The position numbers and the translations under genes were made by a program. 56,658 bases of DNA from Macrostomum lignano (Eukaryota): positions 1-56,658 of the forward strand of contig NIVC01003289.1 of assembly GCA_002269645.1 (NCBI GenBank), read 5' to 3'. Shown piece after piece: positions 23,601 to 34,847 of the stretch (its first letter is position 1; each line of letters starts with the position of its first letter). Under the pieces are notes generated by a model, which worked only from the letters and a program-made list of their open reading frames with translations, was not told the DNA's origin and searched no databases.

Positions 23601-26600
23601 CATGGTGGCTCTTTAATGTTCGACATGGTGGTTCTTTTATGTTCAACATGGTGGCTCTTTTATGCTTGACATGGTGGCTCTTTACTGTTTGACATAGAGT
23701 CACATATATGTTTGACAATTGACATGGTGGCTCTTTTATGTTTTACATGGTTGCTTTTTAATGTTAGACATAGTGGCTCTTTAATGTTTGACATGGTGGC
23801 TCTTTAATGTTAGACATGGTGGCTCTTAAATGTTAGACATGATGGCTCTTTAATGTTCAACATGGTGGCTCTTTAATGTTTGACATTGTGTATTTTTGTT
23901 TAGCATTTTGTGTTTTTAAGGTTTTTGAATAAAAAAATCTTTTTTGCACTACTAAGATTTAAACCCAGGTTGCTGCATTAGCAGTCCAGTCTGTTCGCAT
24001 CTATGCTATCTCTTGTCAATTGGAAAACTTGAATTGTGGCTTTTTTATAATTAAATTCTTATAGCAAACCAGTTAGAGTAAAAAGTTATGACATAATCAA
24101 TTTCTCAGTCAGCCAATATCAGTATCAATTTAAGTTACGAGCTCGTAGCAATATTGTTACACAATTTAAATCAAGTTTTGTGTGCATTTCTTTGGCACTG
24201 TTTTCAACTGGTTGTGATGTAATCCTTATCACAATTGGAATTCAGTCAGTTAGTTTTTTTCTCTAGTATTCTTACAATGCATTTCAGGTCAAAAGAGCTG
24301 CTTGACCTTTGCAAAAAAGCATGTTTTTTGAATATTTAATCCCTTTAACATTGAGCAATTTCTTAGCCAAGATGCATGTACCGTACCAGGAAAATTTCTG
24401 ATCGAATGGTGCAAGTTTGAAGAAAATCGGTTGAGCCATTTTTTCTGAAATCTATTGCATACCTACCCACATACAGACAACTCATTTTTAGTATATAGGA
24501 TTGATACACACAAAGATTTGTTTAAATGCCTTATTACAGGCTTAAAAACCTGTAAAGTGGTAAAATTTACACTTAAAAATTAACATTTTTAACCTTTTTT
24601 TCTACTTCTCAATAACTCTTCTGCGTGATTCTATAAAGTGCATGCCAGATGTATTTTCTCCAGAATGATGCATGCCAACTGTGTATGCCTATTTCTGGCA
24701 TGCAAGGCCAATGCATGCTTAAATTTTATGGCATATACTACATGATCTGGAATGTGGTAGAGTTGCTTGTACACTATTTTTTAAGGAATATATAGTATTA
24801 TAAATAAAATAGTTTTTTTACTCTTCCATGGTGTTTTTTTGCTAAAAATTGATATTCTTTGTTTTAATTTTGCTTTTCTCTTAAATTTCATTAATATTTT
24901 ATATTTTAGTTTTTAATTATTTTTAAAAGAGCTTATAGTGGTTGATATTTAACTACACAATTACATTAGCCCTGACATGGCTATTTTTTGTATGCCAAAA
25001 TACTACACATGTATACTGTTGTACTTTTCATAGTAACAAAGACGAATGCAAGATGCCGAGTTAGGAAGAGATCGTAGATGCATGCAGCACATATATTTTC
25101 CAGCAGCAAAGTAGCTGGCTGCTATACTTAAAATAAGAATAAGGCTTCGCCCATAAACCATAAAACTTAAGTTCATACACAACACCCCCATATTTTAGCA
25201 ATTAACCTGGAGAGAAATAAATGACTGTTTTCTATTTTGTCTAACAATCAAATAAATCAGAAATAGGTCAGCCGATCAGGGGCTTTTCGGAGCCTCTGAC
25301 TTCGACGACAAACTTGGTACTTGGGACTTTGATCGCTGGTTGTCTCCACTTCAGCAGGAGTCGTAGTCTCTATTTCCTTCTCCAAGTAGGTATTTGATCC
25401 ATGAAGTCCTTGGATTTCTTCTGGGACCTTGTCTGACTTTCCTTCTACATTGATGTAGACAGGAATTGAGGTAGTTAGCGGTTTGTCCCATTCTGTAAAG
25501 GTTGCAGTGAGGCGCGTTCTTGGGCGTTGCATAAACAGTTGTGCAGCAGGAATCGCTCCTTCGGAATTCGGTGTAGTGTTCTTCGAAAGGCAGAATGATA
25601 TCAACACCTCACATTTGGAACCTATGTCATTACTGTTCTGCTTCAGAGTCACTTTCAACTCTTGGATAGCTCTCTCCACAATCCCATTTGACTGGTGATG
25701 ACCAGGTGGTGTTAGGACATGGTTAATTAAATTCTTCTTGAGAAATTCTGTGAACTCTTTTGATCGAAAATTGGTTCCATTGTCAGTCACAATGCACATT
25801 GGAAGTCCCATGTACCAAATGTTCGTCTGCATGCTGGAATAAGAGAGTTGGCTGTGAGATTTGACAGCTGAAGTACATCAATCCACCAAGAGAAGGAGTC
25901 GATGAGAACCAAGAAGTGTTTCTCCTTGAAAAATGCTATGTCCAGATGAACACATTTGAAGAAGAACTTTGCATCCTCCCATGAATGCAGATTTGCATTT
26001 GTTCGCTTTCTCGAATTTAGTTGGCAGGAAGGACACCTTTGAACGAAGCTATTGATCTGGGTGTCGATGTAAGGCCCCCAGAAGTACTCTCGAGCTAGTC
26101 TGATCATGCGCACAATGCCCGGATGATTCTTGTGAAGAATTTGAAGAATTTCTCTGCGCATGGACTTTGGAGGCACGATTCAGATCCCTTTGAACAGAAT
26201 CCCGTTTTGAATGGAGTATTCCGCCTTGGATTTGGTGTACAGAAGTAGCTCCCTGTGAAAAAAAGCTAGCGAAGCGCCAGCGAAATTTTGCTAGCGAAAT
26301 GCTTACAAGTTGTCACTAATATTTCATAACGAAACGCCAGCGAAATTATCCTGCAATTCGCCACTATTTTGCCAGGATTTAGCTACCCTTCAATTTCTTT
26401 AGGAATTCACTTTTATTGATTTGATTTGCATGAGAAGCAATTTTTAATGTAATATTATTGTTGTTTGTATTCAATCTCCTGTCTATATAAGAATTTAAAA
26501 CCCCTGCTTAACTCCCTTTTCTTCAGCCGAAAAATAAGCTTTGAAGTATAAGAAAAAGTGCTCTTACATTATCAAACGTGTATTAATATATCGGTAATTG

Positions 26601-28802
26601 TAAAGGTTGGTGAATTATACCTGATTATTTTTAACTATATTTTCAGATTATGATTTTTGATTTTCATTATACTTGTCAGCTATAAAAATGCCATAAAAAT
26701 AGAATTAATTTATACTGTATATAAATATAGTTGAATGATTCGTTGCACATAAAAAATTTATATTACAAAACAGCCACCACTCAGCCACCATCCAGGTCCC
26801 AGATCAGTAGTCTTTAGTTCCAATTGTCATCACCGTTATCGCCATCGACATCCTCACCATCGGTCTCGTGCTCTGAGTTGCTCGTCGAAGTGTCAGCACT
26901 GCGGCCACTGCCATGGCTGTTCGATCTCGTTGGTGTAGTCAAGGTGCAACTCGCAGCAGCAGTGCCACCTTTCTTAGTCTTGTATCAAGCTCGGTCCTTC
27001 GCCCCCTTCATGCACCTCCGAATGAATTCCTTCACATCACTCTCCGTTGCCTGCGGTTGCGATTTCCTAACATCAGTGATGTTGTTCCAGACTTGGGACT
27101 GCATCGAGTTATACCAGATTCAGATTTCTCCTCCTGGACCAAGCTCATTAAGGTGACAGCTTACGTCCTTCTGTCAAGAACCTATAAGTTCAAACTTCCA
27201 GAAGCAACTAGCGCCCAAAAATACAGATGTGATACTAATTAGATGACAAGACATTTAGCAGCTTTAGCCTTAATAATACAAATATAGTTACTCTTAATTT
27301 GCTATTTATCTAAAATTATGCTAATTTTTGTTTTAGGGTTTCTTTCATAAGTAAGTTGCATTTTTGGTCAAAAAGTAAGTTGCATAGCCAAGTGAAATTT
27401 TGAAGCTAGGCATATATGATTACAATTATAAGCCTGGTAAGAAACAATTATCCTAGCAAAATCTACAAGTCTGCTAACTATGACACTATAATTCCAATTG
27501 GCACATTTCTATTTTGTCCTTTGGCACAGTTAGCTCAGTTGGCATAGTTACAACACAATTATACTAATTAGCACATTATTGTGCCGAATAGAACAAAATA
27601 ACAATTAGGAACAGTTGCAATTGTGCCACAACTCTGCCATAACTATCGATTAAGCCCATTTTTGTTGCTAATTGACAATTATTTTTCTATTCATATCTAT
27701 GTTTTATGTGCCATTTGACATAGTGAATATATATTACCAAAGAAGAATTATACATGTGTATTTATAAACATACATGCCCAACACCCATCCAACCTGTCCG
27801 AACCAGATGGGTGAAATGGCTGCCGGCCAAGGAAGGTCGCAAAATCGAAAACGCGAAAAATGAAAAATTGGGGGAAGAAAGAAAGAAGAGGAAGAGAAAG
27901 GGAAAAGAATGGAGGGAGAAGAGAGAGAGGGAAAGAGGAGAGAGAAAGAGAGAGAAGAAAAGAAATAAAATAAAATAAAAGTCATATACAAAGTAAAAAT
28001 TAAGTCTCAATCAGCAGGAACTAAATTGCAAATCTAGACAAAACTAAGTCACACTGTACGGGTGAAATTCTGAGGTTAGGCATGTACGTTTAAAAAATGA
28101 TTTGCATTCTTTAACCACGTGACTTTAACCTTTGTATTGATCTGTCTTGAATTATTGAAACCGAATACTATGAAAAAATCCATACAAAGTGTCCCCTATC
28201 GCTGCCGCAACACAGGTTGTTTTGGAACACGAAATTCTGCTGCACCCACGCTACTTTGGGCCAGAAATCCAGCAGATTATTACAAAGAAGCTGCACTCTG
28301 AGGTCGAAGGTACCTGCAATGGAAAGTAGGTTGTCACAGCGCTGGTATTGCTTGGCTTCTGTAAACTTTAGTGCCATTTGTTGGGCTCGAACCGCTTGCC
28401 AATCGCAGGTACGGCTTCATTGTTTGCGTGAGCCGCGTCACCCACGTCGGCGACGGCATCATCCAGCCGGGCCGCGGCTTCGTGCTCTACCCCGTCAAGT
28501 ACAATGCCGTGGTGTTCCGGCCCTTCAAAGGCGAGGTGCTGGACGCGGTGGTCACTCAGGTGAACAAGGTGGGGATCTTCACCGAGGCAGGGCCGCTGTC
28601 TGTCTTCATCTCCCGGCACAGCATCCCGGGCAACATGAAATTCGACCCAACCAGCAACCCGCCGTGTTACAAGACTGAGGACGAGGAGAGCGTCATCCAG
28701 GAGGATGACGACATCCGCATCCGCATCATGGGCATGCGGGTCGACGCCAACGATATTTTCGGGGTGGGCACTCTGATGGACGACTTTCTGGGGCTCAGTT
28801 GA
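17646..28802 (+). CDS. POLR2G: DNA-directed RNA polymerase II subunit RPB7
   Basis: Exon 1 is 17646-17657 (ATG TTT TAC TTT then gtaagt = MFYF). Exon 2 is 28216-28325 ([37 protein letters not shown]). Exon 3 is 28409-28802 ([75 protein letters not shown]). Exons 2-3 are unambiguous; exon 1 is supported by motif, donor and phase. Confidence 0.96.
18370..20750. repeat. ~23-bp minisatellite (gagccaccatgtcaaacattaaa) inside Helitron copy 1
   Basis: About 90 degenerate copies, interrupted by a MITE. Inverted counterpart at 23170-23890. Confidence 0.93.
18621..18915. mobile_element. MITE A, 295 bp, 8-bp TSD
   Basis: TIR catacatgcgcaac / gttgtgcatgtatg. TSD tttcgaac at 18613-18620 and 18916-18923. 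Confidence 0.88.
20830..21265. repeat. ~17-bp minisatellite (ggggatgcttgctatct) inside Helitron copy 1
   Basis: About 25 copies. Inverted counterparts at 22050-22070, 22367-22393 and 22883-23070. Confidence 0.93.
22071..22366. mobile_element. MITE B, 296 bp, 8-bp TSD
   Basis: Imperfect 18-bp TIR ccctattgcagggcatgg / ccatgcgctgcaatcagg. TSD ccagatag at 22063-22070 and 22367-22374. The TSD lies within a repeat, so it is slightly weaker evidence. Confidence 0.8.
22394..22882. mobile_element. MITE C, 489 bp, 8-bp TSD
   Basis: 16-bp TIR ccaggatggaattctt / aagaattccatccagg (1 mismatch). TSD cagattgc at 22386-22393 and 22883-22890. Confidence 0.85.
25017..26264 (-). mobile_element. 5'-truncated Ty3/Gypsy LTR retrotransposon remnant: integrase, PPT and 168-bp 3' LTR
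   Basis: Integrase zinc-binding region ([25 protein letters not shown]) and core ([44 protein letters not shown]) split by a frameshift. PPT-like aaaatatggggg at 25185-25196. LTR 25017-25184 with TGTTGT..ACAACA ends. Confidence 0.9.
27860..27980. repeat. Polypurine (GA-rich) low-complexity tract
   Basis: Almost exclusively A/G for about 120 bp. Confidence 0.8.
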
Positions 28803-28984
28803 ACTGCTCGGGATTTTCTGTACCTTTGCTGCTGCATTTCTGCTTCTGTTGCTGCTCTGTAGCTGCCAATCTGCTTGCTGTATTGTGCGTGTTTTTTGCG
28901 TAGCGACTGAAGCTGTTATTCTACTGATTGTGCGTTTGTTGCATGTACCTTGGCGTAGCATTATCAGCAGCGTTGTTTGATACA

Positions 28985-29495
28985 GCATCAATCTCACTTA
29001 CAACAGGTAGAGCTCTATCTGATACAGCATTATTCTCACAGCAAGAAGAGCTCTATCTCATACAGCATTATTCTTACAGCAAGCAGAGCTCTATCTCATA
29101 CAGCATTATTCTCACAGCAAGTAGAGCTCTATCTCATACAGCATTATTCTCACAGCAAGAAGAGCTCTATCTCATACAGCATTATTCTCACAGCAAGAAG
29201 AGCTCTATCTCATACAGCATTATTCTCACAACAAGAAGAGCTCTATCTGATACAGCATTATTCTCACAGCAAGAAGAGCTCTATCTCATACAGCATTATT
29301 CTCACAGCAAGAAGAGCTCTATCTCATACAGCATTATTCTCACAGCAAGAAGAGCTCTATCTGATACAGCATTATTCTCACAGCAAGAAGAGCTCTATCT
29401 CATACAGCATTATTCTCACTCACAACAGGTAGAGCTCTGTCTGATACAGCATTATTCTCACTCACAACAGGTAGAGTTCTGTCTGATACAGCATT
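28985..29495. repeat. ~38-bp minisatellite (gagctctatctcatacagcattattctcacagcaagaa) downstream of RPB7
   Basis: About 13 tandem copies. Confidence 0.93.
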
Positions 29496-29714
29496 AGTCT
29501 GGCAATAAGCCGTACTGCTTGCGTAGCTGCATGACTTTCGGTTCACTGTCTGTCTGGCACAGCATCCACACTTTACGGTGTAACATCATTCAGTCTTGGA
29601 AACAGGCGGCTCTCTCTGATGCAGCATCTGCAGCATAATTCTCATTTACAAAACAACTGTCCGACACGAAATCAACTTAATGAAGCACCGACGTCTCTGA
29701 CTGACACAGAAGCA

Positions 29715-29940
29715 TCATCGATCTTATGTGACACTACATAGTCAGGGCTGACAGACAAAAGCATCGATCTTATGTGACACTACATAGTCAGGGCTGACAG
29801 ACAAAAGCATCGATCTTATGTGACACTACATAGTCAGGGCTGACAGACAAAAGCATCGATCTTATGTGACACTACATAGTCAGGGCTGACAGACAAAAGC
29901 ATCGATCTTATGTGACACTACATAGTCAGGGCTGACAGAC
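29715..29940. repeat. 46-bp tandem repeat (aaagcatcgatcttatgtgacactacatagtcagggctgacagaca), about 5 copies
   Basis: Near-identical head-to-tail copies. Confidence 0.95.
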
Positions 29941-30572
29941 ACCGCTATAAGCTTTAAAAACCACGGGACTGCAACTTGATGCTCTATGCTCGTGTAGTTT
30001 ATGCACCAGAATGCGAATGCTGTAGTCGATCTAGCGTACTGATTAGAAAACGAATAGGCTAATTAAAATGTTATACCGGTTATTTACATGTAGTTGAAAA
30101 ATTAATAAATGTGTTATCGCTTCACTTTGCCTACTTTCATTCTGACAAGGCCAATATAAGATAATTGCAGTGAAATTGTGCTTTTTAGTGTTTACTTTTT
30201 ATATTTTTCGGGCCTTTGCACCTGCGAAGCAGGCAAGCAGACTTCTAATGCACTTGACTCAGTCAGAGATGCTCAAAATGCAACTCGCGATAACCGTTTC
30301 AAGCTGACTATGCGCATGGATTGCTAAAAAGTGCTTGTAAAGGAGTTCTAAAAATATCAATCTGGAGTGGATACCAAAGCTCATTTACTGTCATAATAAG
30401 CTGTCATCTGACTTCTTAAATTAGGAATTCCACGATACTGAAATTGAAAAACTTACGAAACTAATTTCATGCTGAAAAAAGCATAATTAGAAATTTAGTT
30501 AAAGAAAATTGCTACCAGATTCAAATGCTTCAATACCAAGTTCCACAAGTACGCTTTACCTCTTGTACGAGG

Positions 30573-31415
30573 TGTAGAGAGTTATTAAACCATACCACAA
30601 TGCTCTACTTGAAGTAATATTCTAAGAAAGTCAATTTATTCTAGAATGAGTCATATCTATTTTAGGAATCGCGCAACAGAGTGATTTAGAACCCCACATG
30701 GGACCAACATTGTTTGATCAAGGAACCGGTTTCCAACAGCTGTATTTGCTTAACCCCATATATGGTAATGCTCAAACATACATGACAGCTTAATCAAACA
30801 TAAATGACCTACGTAAATACCCAACCCCAAACCGGTTTTTCTCGAAAATTTTGCTATAAATATAAGTGAAAATCCGAGTCAAAAATTCAAACTCAGAGCG
30901 GTCTCTAAGAAGACTCTGAAGGAACAAAGAAGACCAATCTCTGAGGGACCACATTTGTCAAATTGGTAAGCATTTACCGGATTCAGTTCTTTGATTGGTA
31001 GCGTTAATAAGTTGGTTAATTGAGTTATACGAGAGCAGTTCATTGTCGATACATTTAAGAAAGGCCTCTTTGTCTCCTAGGATACATTCCTAGAGGATTT
31101 AATGATTTAATTGAGTTATCCGTTACGTTTCGGGCGGAACGAAAAAGACGACCTTCAGGAGGACCTATCACAGAAACTTAAAGACTTCAATTGTTCATTA
31201 GGGCGCACGTTTTGTTGTTAATTCCGAGCTCGAGGACCGTCAAGAAGTCTTATTCGCTCTCGTTTTGGTCTACCCACAGATGAAGTTAAGGACTCCAGAG
31301 ATCTCAGACAAGTCAGACAGCGCTACACACTACAAGACCCAGACGACTGCAAACTACTCGTACAAGAGGAGCCGCTCCAGTAAGAGTTATTTGAATTTGC
31401 AAAAACCTAGGCAAG
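30573..31415 (+). mobile_element. 3'-truncated LTR, a diverged relative of the solo LTR at 40308-41231
   Basis: Begins tgtagagagttattaaaccatacc and is collinear with 40308 onward for about 840 bp before similarity ends near aaacctaggca. Confidence 0.8.
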
Positions 31416-31449
31416 GCACAAAAACCTAGCAATGACGAGTTATACCGAC

Positions 31450-31715
31450 AAGCCCAGCTCTCCCGACCCAGCCAGCTGCTGCGCATCCAGCGCCTACAGC
31501 TGGCCGGCCACGTCATCAGGGCAGAGCAGTACTGCCCTGAGCCGCTTCAAGACGTGCTGCTGCTATCCCTTCAAGGGCCGCGGCGGCTTGTTCAGGCGAG
31601 AAGTCTGCGTTTTGTCGACCTGCTTTTAAGAGACGCTGAATCTCCGACCCCCGCGGACTCGCTATTCTGCGCAAATCTGCGTTTGCGCGCGCATTTTGAC
31701 AGCAACCAAACTTAA
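31450..31715 (+). mobile_element. 3' fragment of a non-LTR retrotransposon (RTE-like ORF2 tail)
   Basis: An ATG-less frame reads QLSRPSQLLRIQRLQLAGHVIRAEQYCPEPLQDVLLLSLQGPRR..RFVDLLLRDA. This resembles the RRL.L.GH..R...P...L......R.RGR...Y.D.L..D post-RT tail of RTE/CR1-type LINEs. Confidence 0.65.
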
Positions 31716-34189
31716 TTGGCTTGCCCCAGGGTTGCTGTAGTTTGTTGTTGTTGTTGTTGCTGTTGTTGCTCAATATATTTATTAGTCTATATTGGGGTGG
31801 GGTGAAGCGTTGCGTGGTTGGTCGAGAATTGGTAAACAAGTTTAGGCAAGAGAGTCATGAATAATGCGGGGCAGAGAGCGTAGTGTACGGCCTACATCTT
31901 TCCCAGGTGAATAAAATTCAGATGAAAAAGATAATAAAAGTCAGAACAGTTTACATTAAAGCAAGCAAGCGAGCATCAGGGAGAATAAAATCAATAATTA
32001 CGTATTCGAGTGTGCGCGTAGTCGATAGCCGAGATAATAAAAATTGTGGCGAGTGGAATGTAAAATTCAGCGAAGCTTGGGTGCATGGAGCTGGGTTGTT
32101 AAGTTCTGCAGCAATGAATCGAATGCATTGGAAAAGTTTTACAAATTAATTTACAGGTACGACACGAGAATTTTTACAGAAAACAATCAATAGCCGTTGC
32201 AAATTAATCGCACTACTTGTATTTGAATTGGCCACTCAGTCTGATGTTGCTCCACCGCGCCCCTGTGAGGCAAGAGTTGTCAGCCCGATTCGCCCGTGCT
32301 CCGCTCCAGTCCTGCCTGTCCCACTGCTGCGTTGTCCGACCATCAGATACTCGTAGGTCTCTCTTTGAGCTCATGGGGCTTGGCGCTCGCCGTTGGTGTC
32401 TCTGCAAGCACGCGCTGCGTGCAGACGGAGGCTCGATGCGCAGGATGCCCAGCTCTTCGCTCGTCTCCCTCCCAATGATCGTCGTTGCCGCTTCCCTCAC
32501 GATGATGAAGTTGATGCTGGCGCTGATGTTGTAAACGACGGTCCGCAGCCTGGCCATCCCGAGCGTGGCCAGCGGCTTCCTGGAGTCGAACGGGTGCACT
32601 CGGTGCTTGCATGCCTGGAGATCCCCTGCCCTGCCTCCGATGGACCAGAAGGTCTTCAGGCTCATCACGCTGCAGCCGGCGCCGCTGTCGATCAGAAGGT
32701 CGGCTTTGCGGCTCCTGATGGTCGCCCTGACGCGCGGCAGGCGATTCCTTCGGGATTCGAGACAGAAAACCTCGCAGCTGCTCTCCAGGTCCTCTGGCTC
32801 GGCTCCCCCCTAGGCCGATACCACATGCACTTTCTCCTCGAATCCGCCGGGGCTGGACAAGCAAGCCTTCGCCAGGTGTCCGATTTTGTTGCATTTGTGG
32901 CAGGTTTTCCCTCTTGCCAGTTCGCACGTGCGGTGGCCCAGCTCTCCACACCGAATGCATTTGGCTTCCGATCGAGGCTCCTGGCCGTGGCGTTTTCGCT
33001 GGATCGAGTTTATCGTTGAGGCTCCTGGCCGTGGCGCTTTCGCTGGATCGAGTTTATCGTTGAGGCTCCTGGCCGTGGCGCTTTCGCTGGATCGAGTTTA
33101 TCGTTGAGGCTCCTGGCCGTGGCGCTTTTGCTGGATCGAGTTTATCGTTGAGGCTCCTGGCCGTGGCGTTTTCGCTGGATCGAGTTTATCGTTGAGGCTC
33201 CTGGCCGTGGCGCTTTCGCTGGATCGAGTTTATCGTTGAGGCTCCTGGCCGTGGCGCTTTCGCTGGATCGAGTTTATCGTTGAGGCTCCTGGCCGTGGCG
33301 CTTTCGCTGGATCGACTTTATCGCTGAGGCTCCTGGCCGTGGCGTTTTCGCTGGATCGAGTTTATCGTTGAGGCTCCTGGCCGTGGCGCTTTCGCTGGAT
33401 CGAGTTTATCGTTGAGGCTCCTGGCCGTGGCGCTTTCGCTAGATCGAGTTTATCGTCTCGTTGTTCCGCGCTTCGATGGCTGCTGACTGAAGTTCCGCCG
33501 CCTCGAAGGCTCTTGCTTGCTGCAGTGCGTCCTCGAGGCTGATGTTGCGAGTTTGCAGGAGTGTCCGCCGGAGCTGGGCGGATCTGCAGCCGGCCACTAT
33601 TTGGTCTCGGATGAGCAAGTCGCGCTGCGACCCGAACTCGCACCCCTCGGCTGCTGCGTAGAGGCGCTGTGTCCAGGCGTTCAGTGACTCGCCAGTTTGC
33701 TGCGTGCAGTGCCGGAACTCGTACCTGACAAAAACAGGGTTGTGCCTGTCGCTGTATTGAGTCCTGAATGGTCTCGATCAGATCGTCAAGAGACTTTCCA
33801 GGTCGATTCAGCTCTGAATGTGTCTGTCAGCTCCTTGCCACCTACGTAGAGAAGAATTTCGCACTGCTGGTCCTCACTTGTGATGCCACTGGCTGTGACA
33901 AACATTTTGAAACGGCCGGACCACTTCTCCCACTTTGATGAGAGGTTTTGTTGCTCTGTTTGATCATTAAACTGCTCAGGCGGGGGTAGCTGCAGAGGCA
34001 CAGACATTCTGACTGCTTGCGATGCCAATGTGAAGTCTAGGTTTGCGTGCCGAAAAGGTGGCCTTTGTGGTGCTTTGTTTGCTCAATATATTTATTAGTC
34101 AATATTGGGGTGGGGGTGATTGGTCGAGAATTGGTAAACAAGTTTAGGCGAGTCATGAATAATGTGGGTAGAGAGCGTTACGGCCTACA
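31716..34189 (-). mobile_element. Internally deleted Ty3/Gypsy element: 5' LTR, PBS, gag, protease, PPT and partial 3' LTR
   Basis: 5' LTR 34029-34189 (TGTAGG..CACA), followed by a tggcatc PBS-like site. Gag motifs: KWEKWSGRFKMFVTASGI, RYEFRHCTQQTGESLNAW..GCEFG..IRDQIVAG and a CHKCNKIGHLAKAC knuckle. Protease motifs: LLIDSGAGCSVM..IIGRETSEELG. PPT gggaaaga then a second LTR starting at 31896. No RT or integrase; several frameshifts. Confidence 0.88.
32974..33457. repeat. 44-bp tandem array, 11 copies, inside the Gypsy gag
   Basis: gaggctcc recurs every 44 bp from 32974 to 33414. Confidence 0.95.
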
Positions 34190-34847
34190 GTATAGTTCTA
34201 TAGAGTTTTGATTGACGGAAAGTATATATAGGATCAGATCTCCGATTTCGATGTGAGTGAGTCTTTAGCGCCAAAACCAGTGTTTGAATACCGCATCCAA
34301 CCACAGCCAGATCTATAATATAAATCGGTACATGTATATGCATTTGAAGCCCTGGAATTTAAGACCATGGACTCTTAGCAACCGATACACAGATGATTTT
34401 AATCTGAGAGCTGAGAAAACGTCAACCCGCCGTATTATCACATCAGAGTAGAATCTCAGTTCTGATTAAAGCCCCTGTCCTTGCTGCGCCCTGAAGCCAA
34501 CAAGACCATCTTCTGGGTTGAGTATTTCGCTCCTAGCGAAAAGTGCTCGGTCCCAGCTCCTACAGTATGCCAATCCGGCACGTAACGGCTGTAGCGAGCT
34601 GCGAAAATAAAAGCCGGACCTTGCAAGCAGTTTTGTTCAGGCATGTCTGATTTTGTTCAAAACAACAAATTAAGGCTCCATTGATTTTCAAGCAAAGACA
34701 AAGTTATGCTTAAGCAAGATTTCATCAATCCAGTAGTGATCCAACGATGCGCTGTTTTAAATCCAACTCGAAATGAAAATGGTTTTCTGCCATTACGAGT
34801 GTAAAGCTTTGTGGAATTCTCGAATTTTAATAAAGCTGCTTCTGCCT

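Larger units (their letters stand above)
21904..24500 (-). mobile_element. Non-autonomous Helitron, copy 2, inverted relative to copy 1
   Basis: On the minus strand: A|TCctatatactaaaaatgag at 24500, then the same internal blocks and minisatellites as copy 1, then the hairpin and CTAG|T at 21904-21907. Carries two MITE insertions. Confidence 0.8.

Noticed and set aside
26264-27240. Possible DNA transposon starting ccctgtgaaaaaaag, with a GC-richer coding-like patch at 26780-27200
   Set aside because: No matching opposite TIR or TSD was found, and no frame gives a recognisable domain without stops.
27531-27542. tagctcagttgg, a tRNA A-box-like motif
   Set aside because: No B-box or cloverleaf follows.
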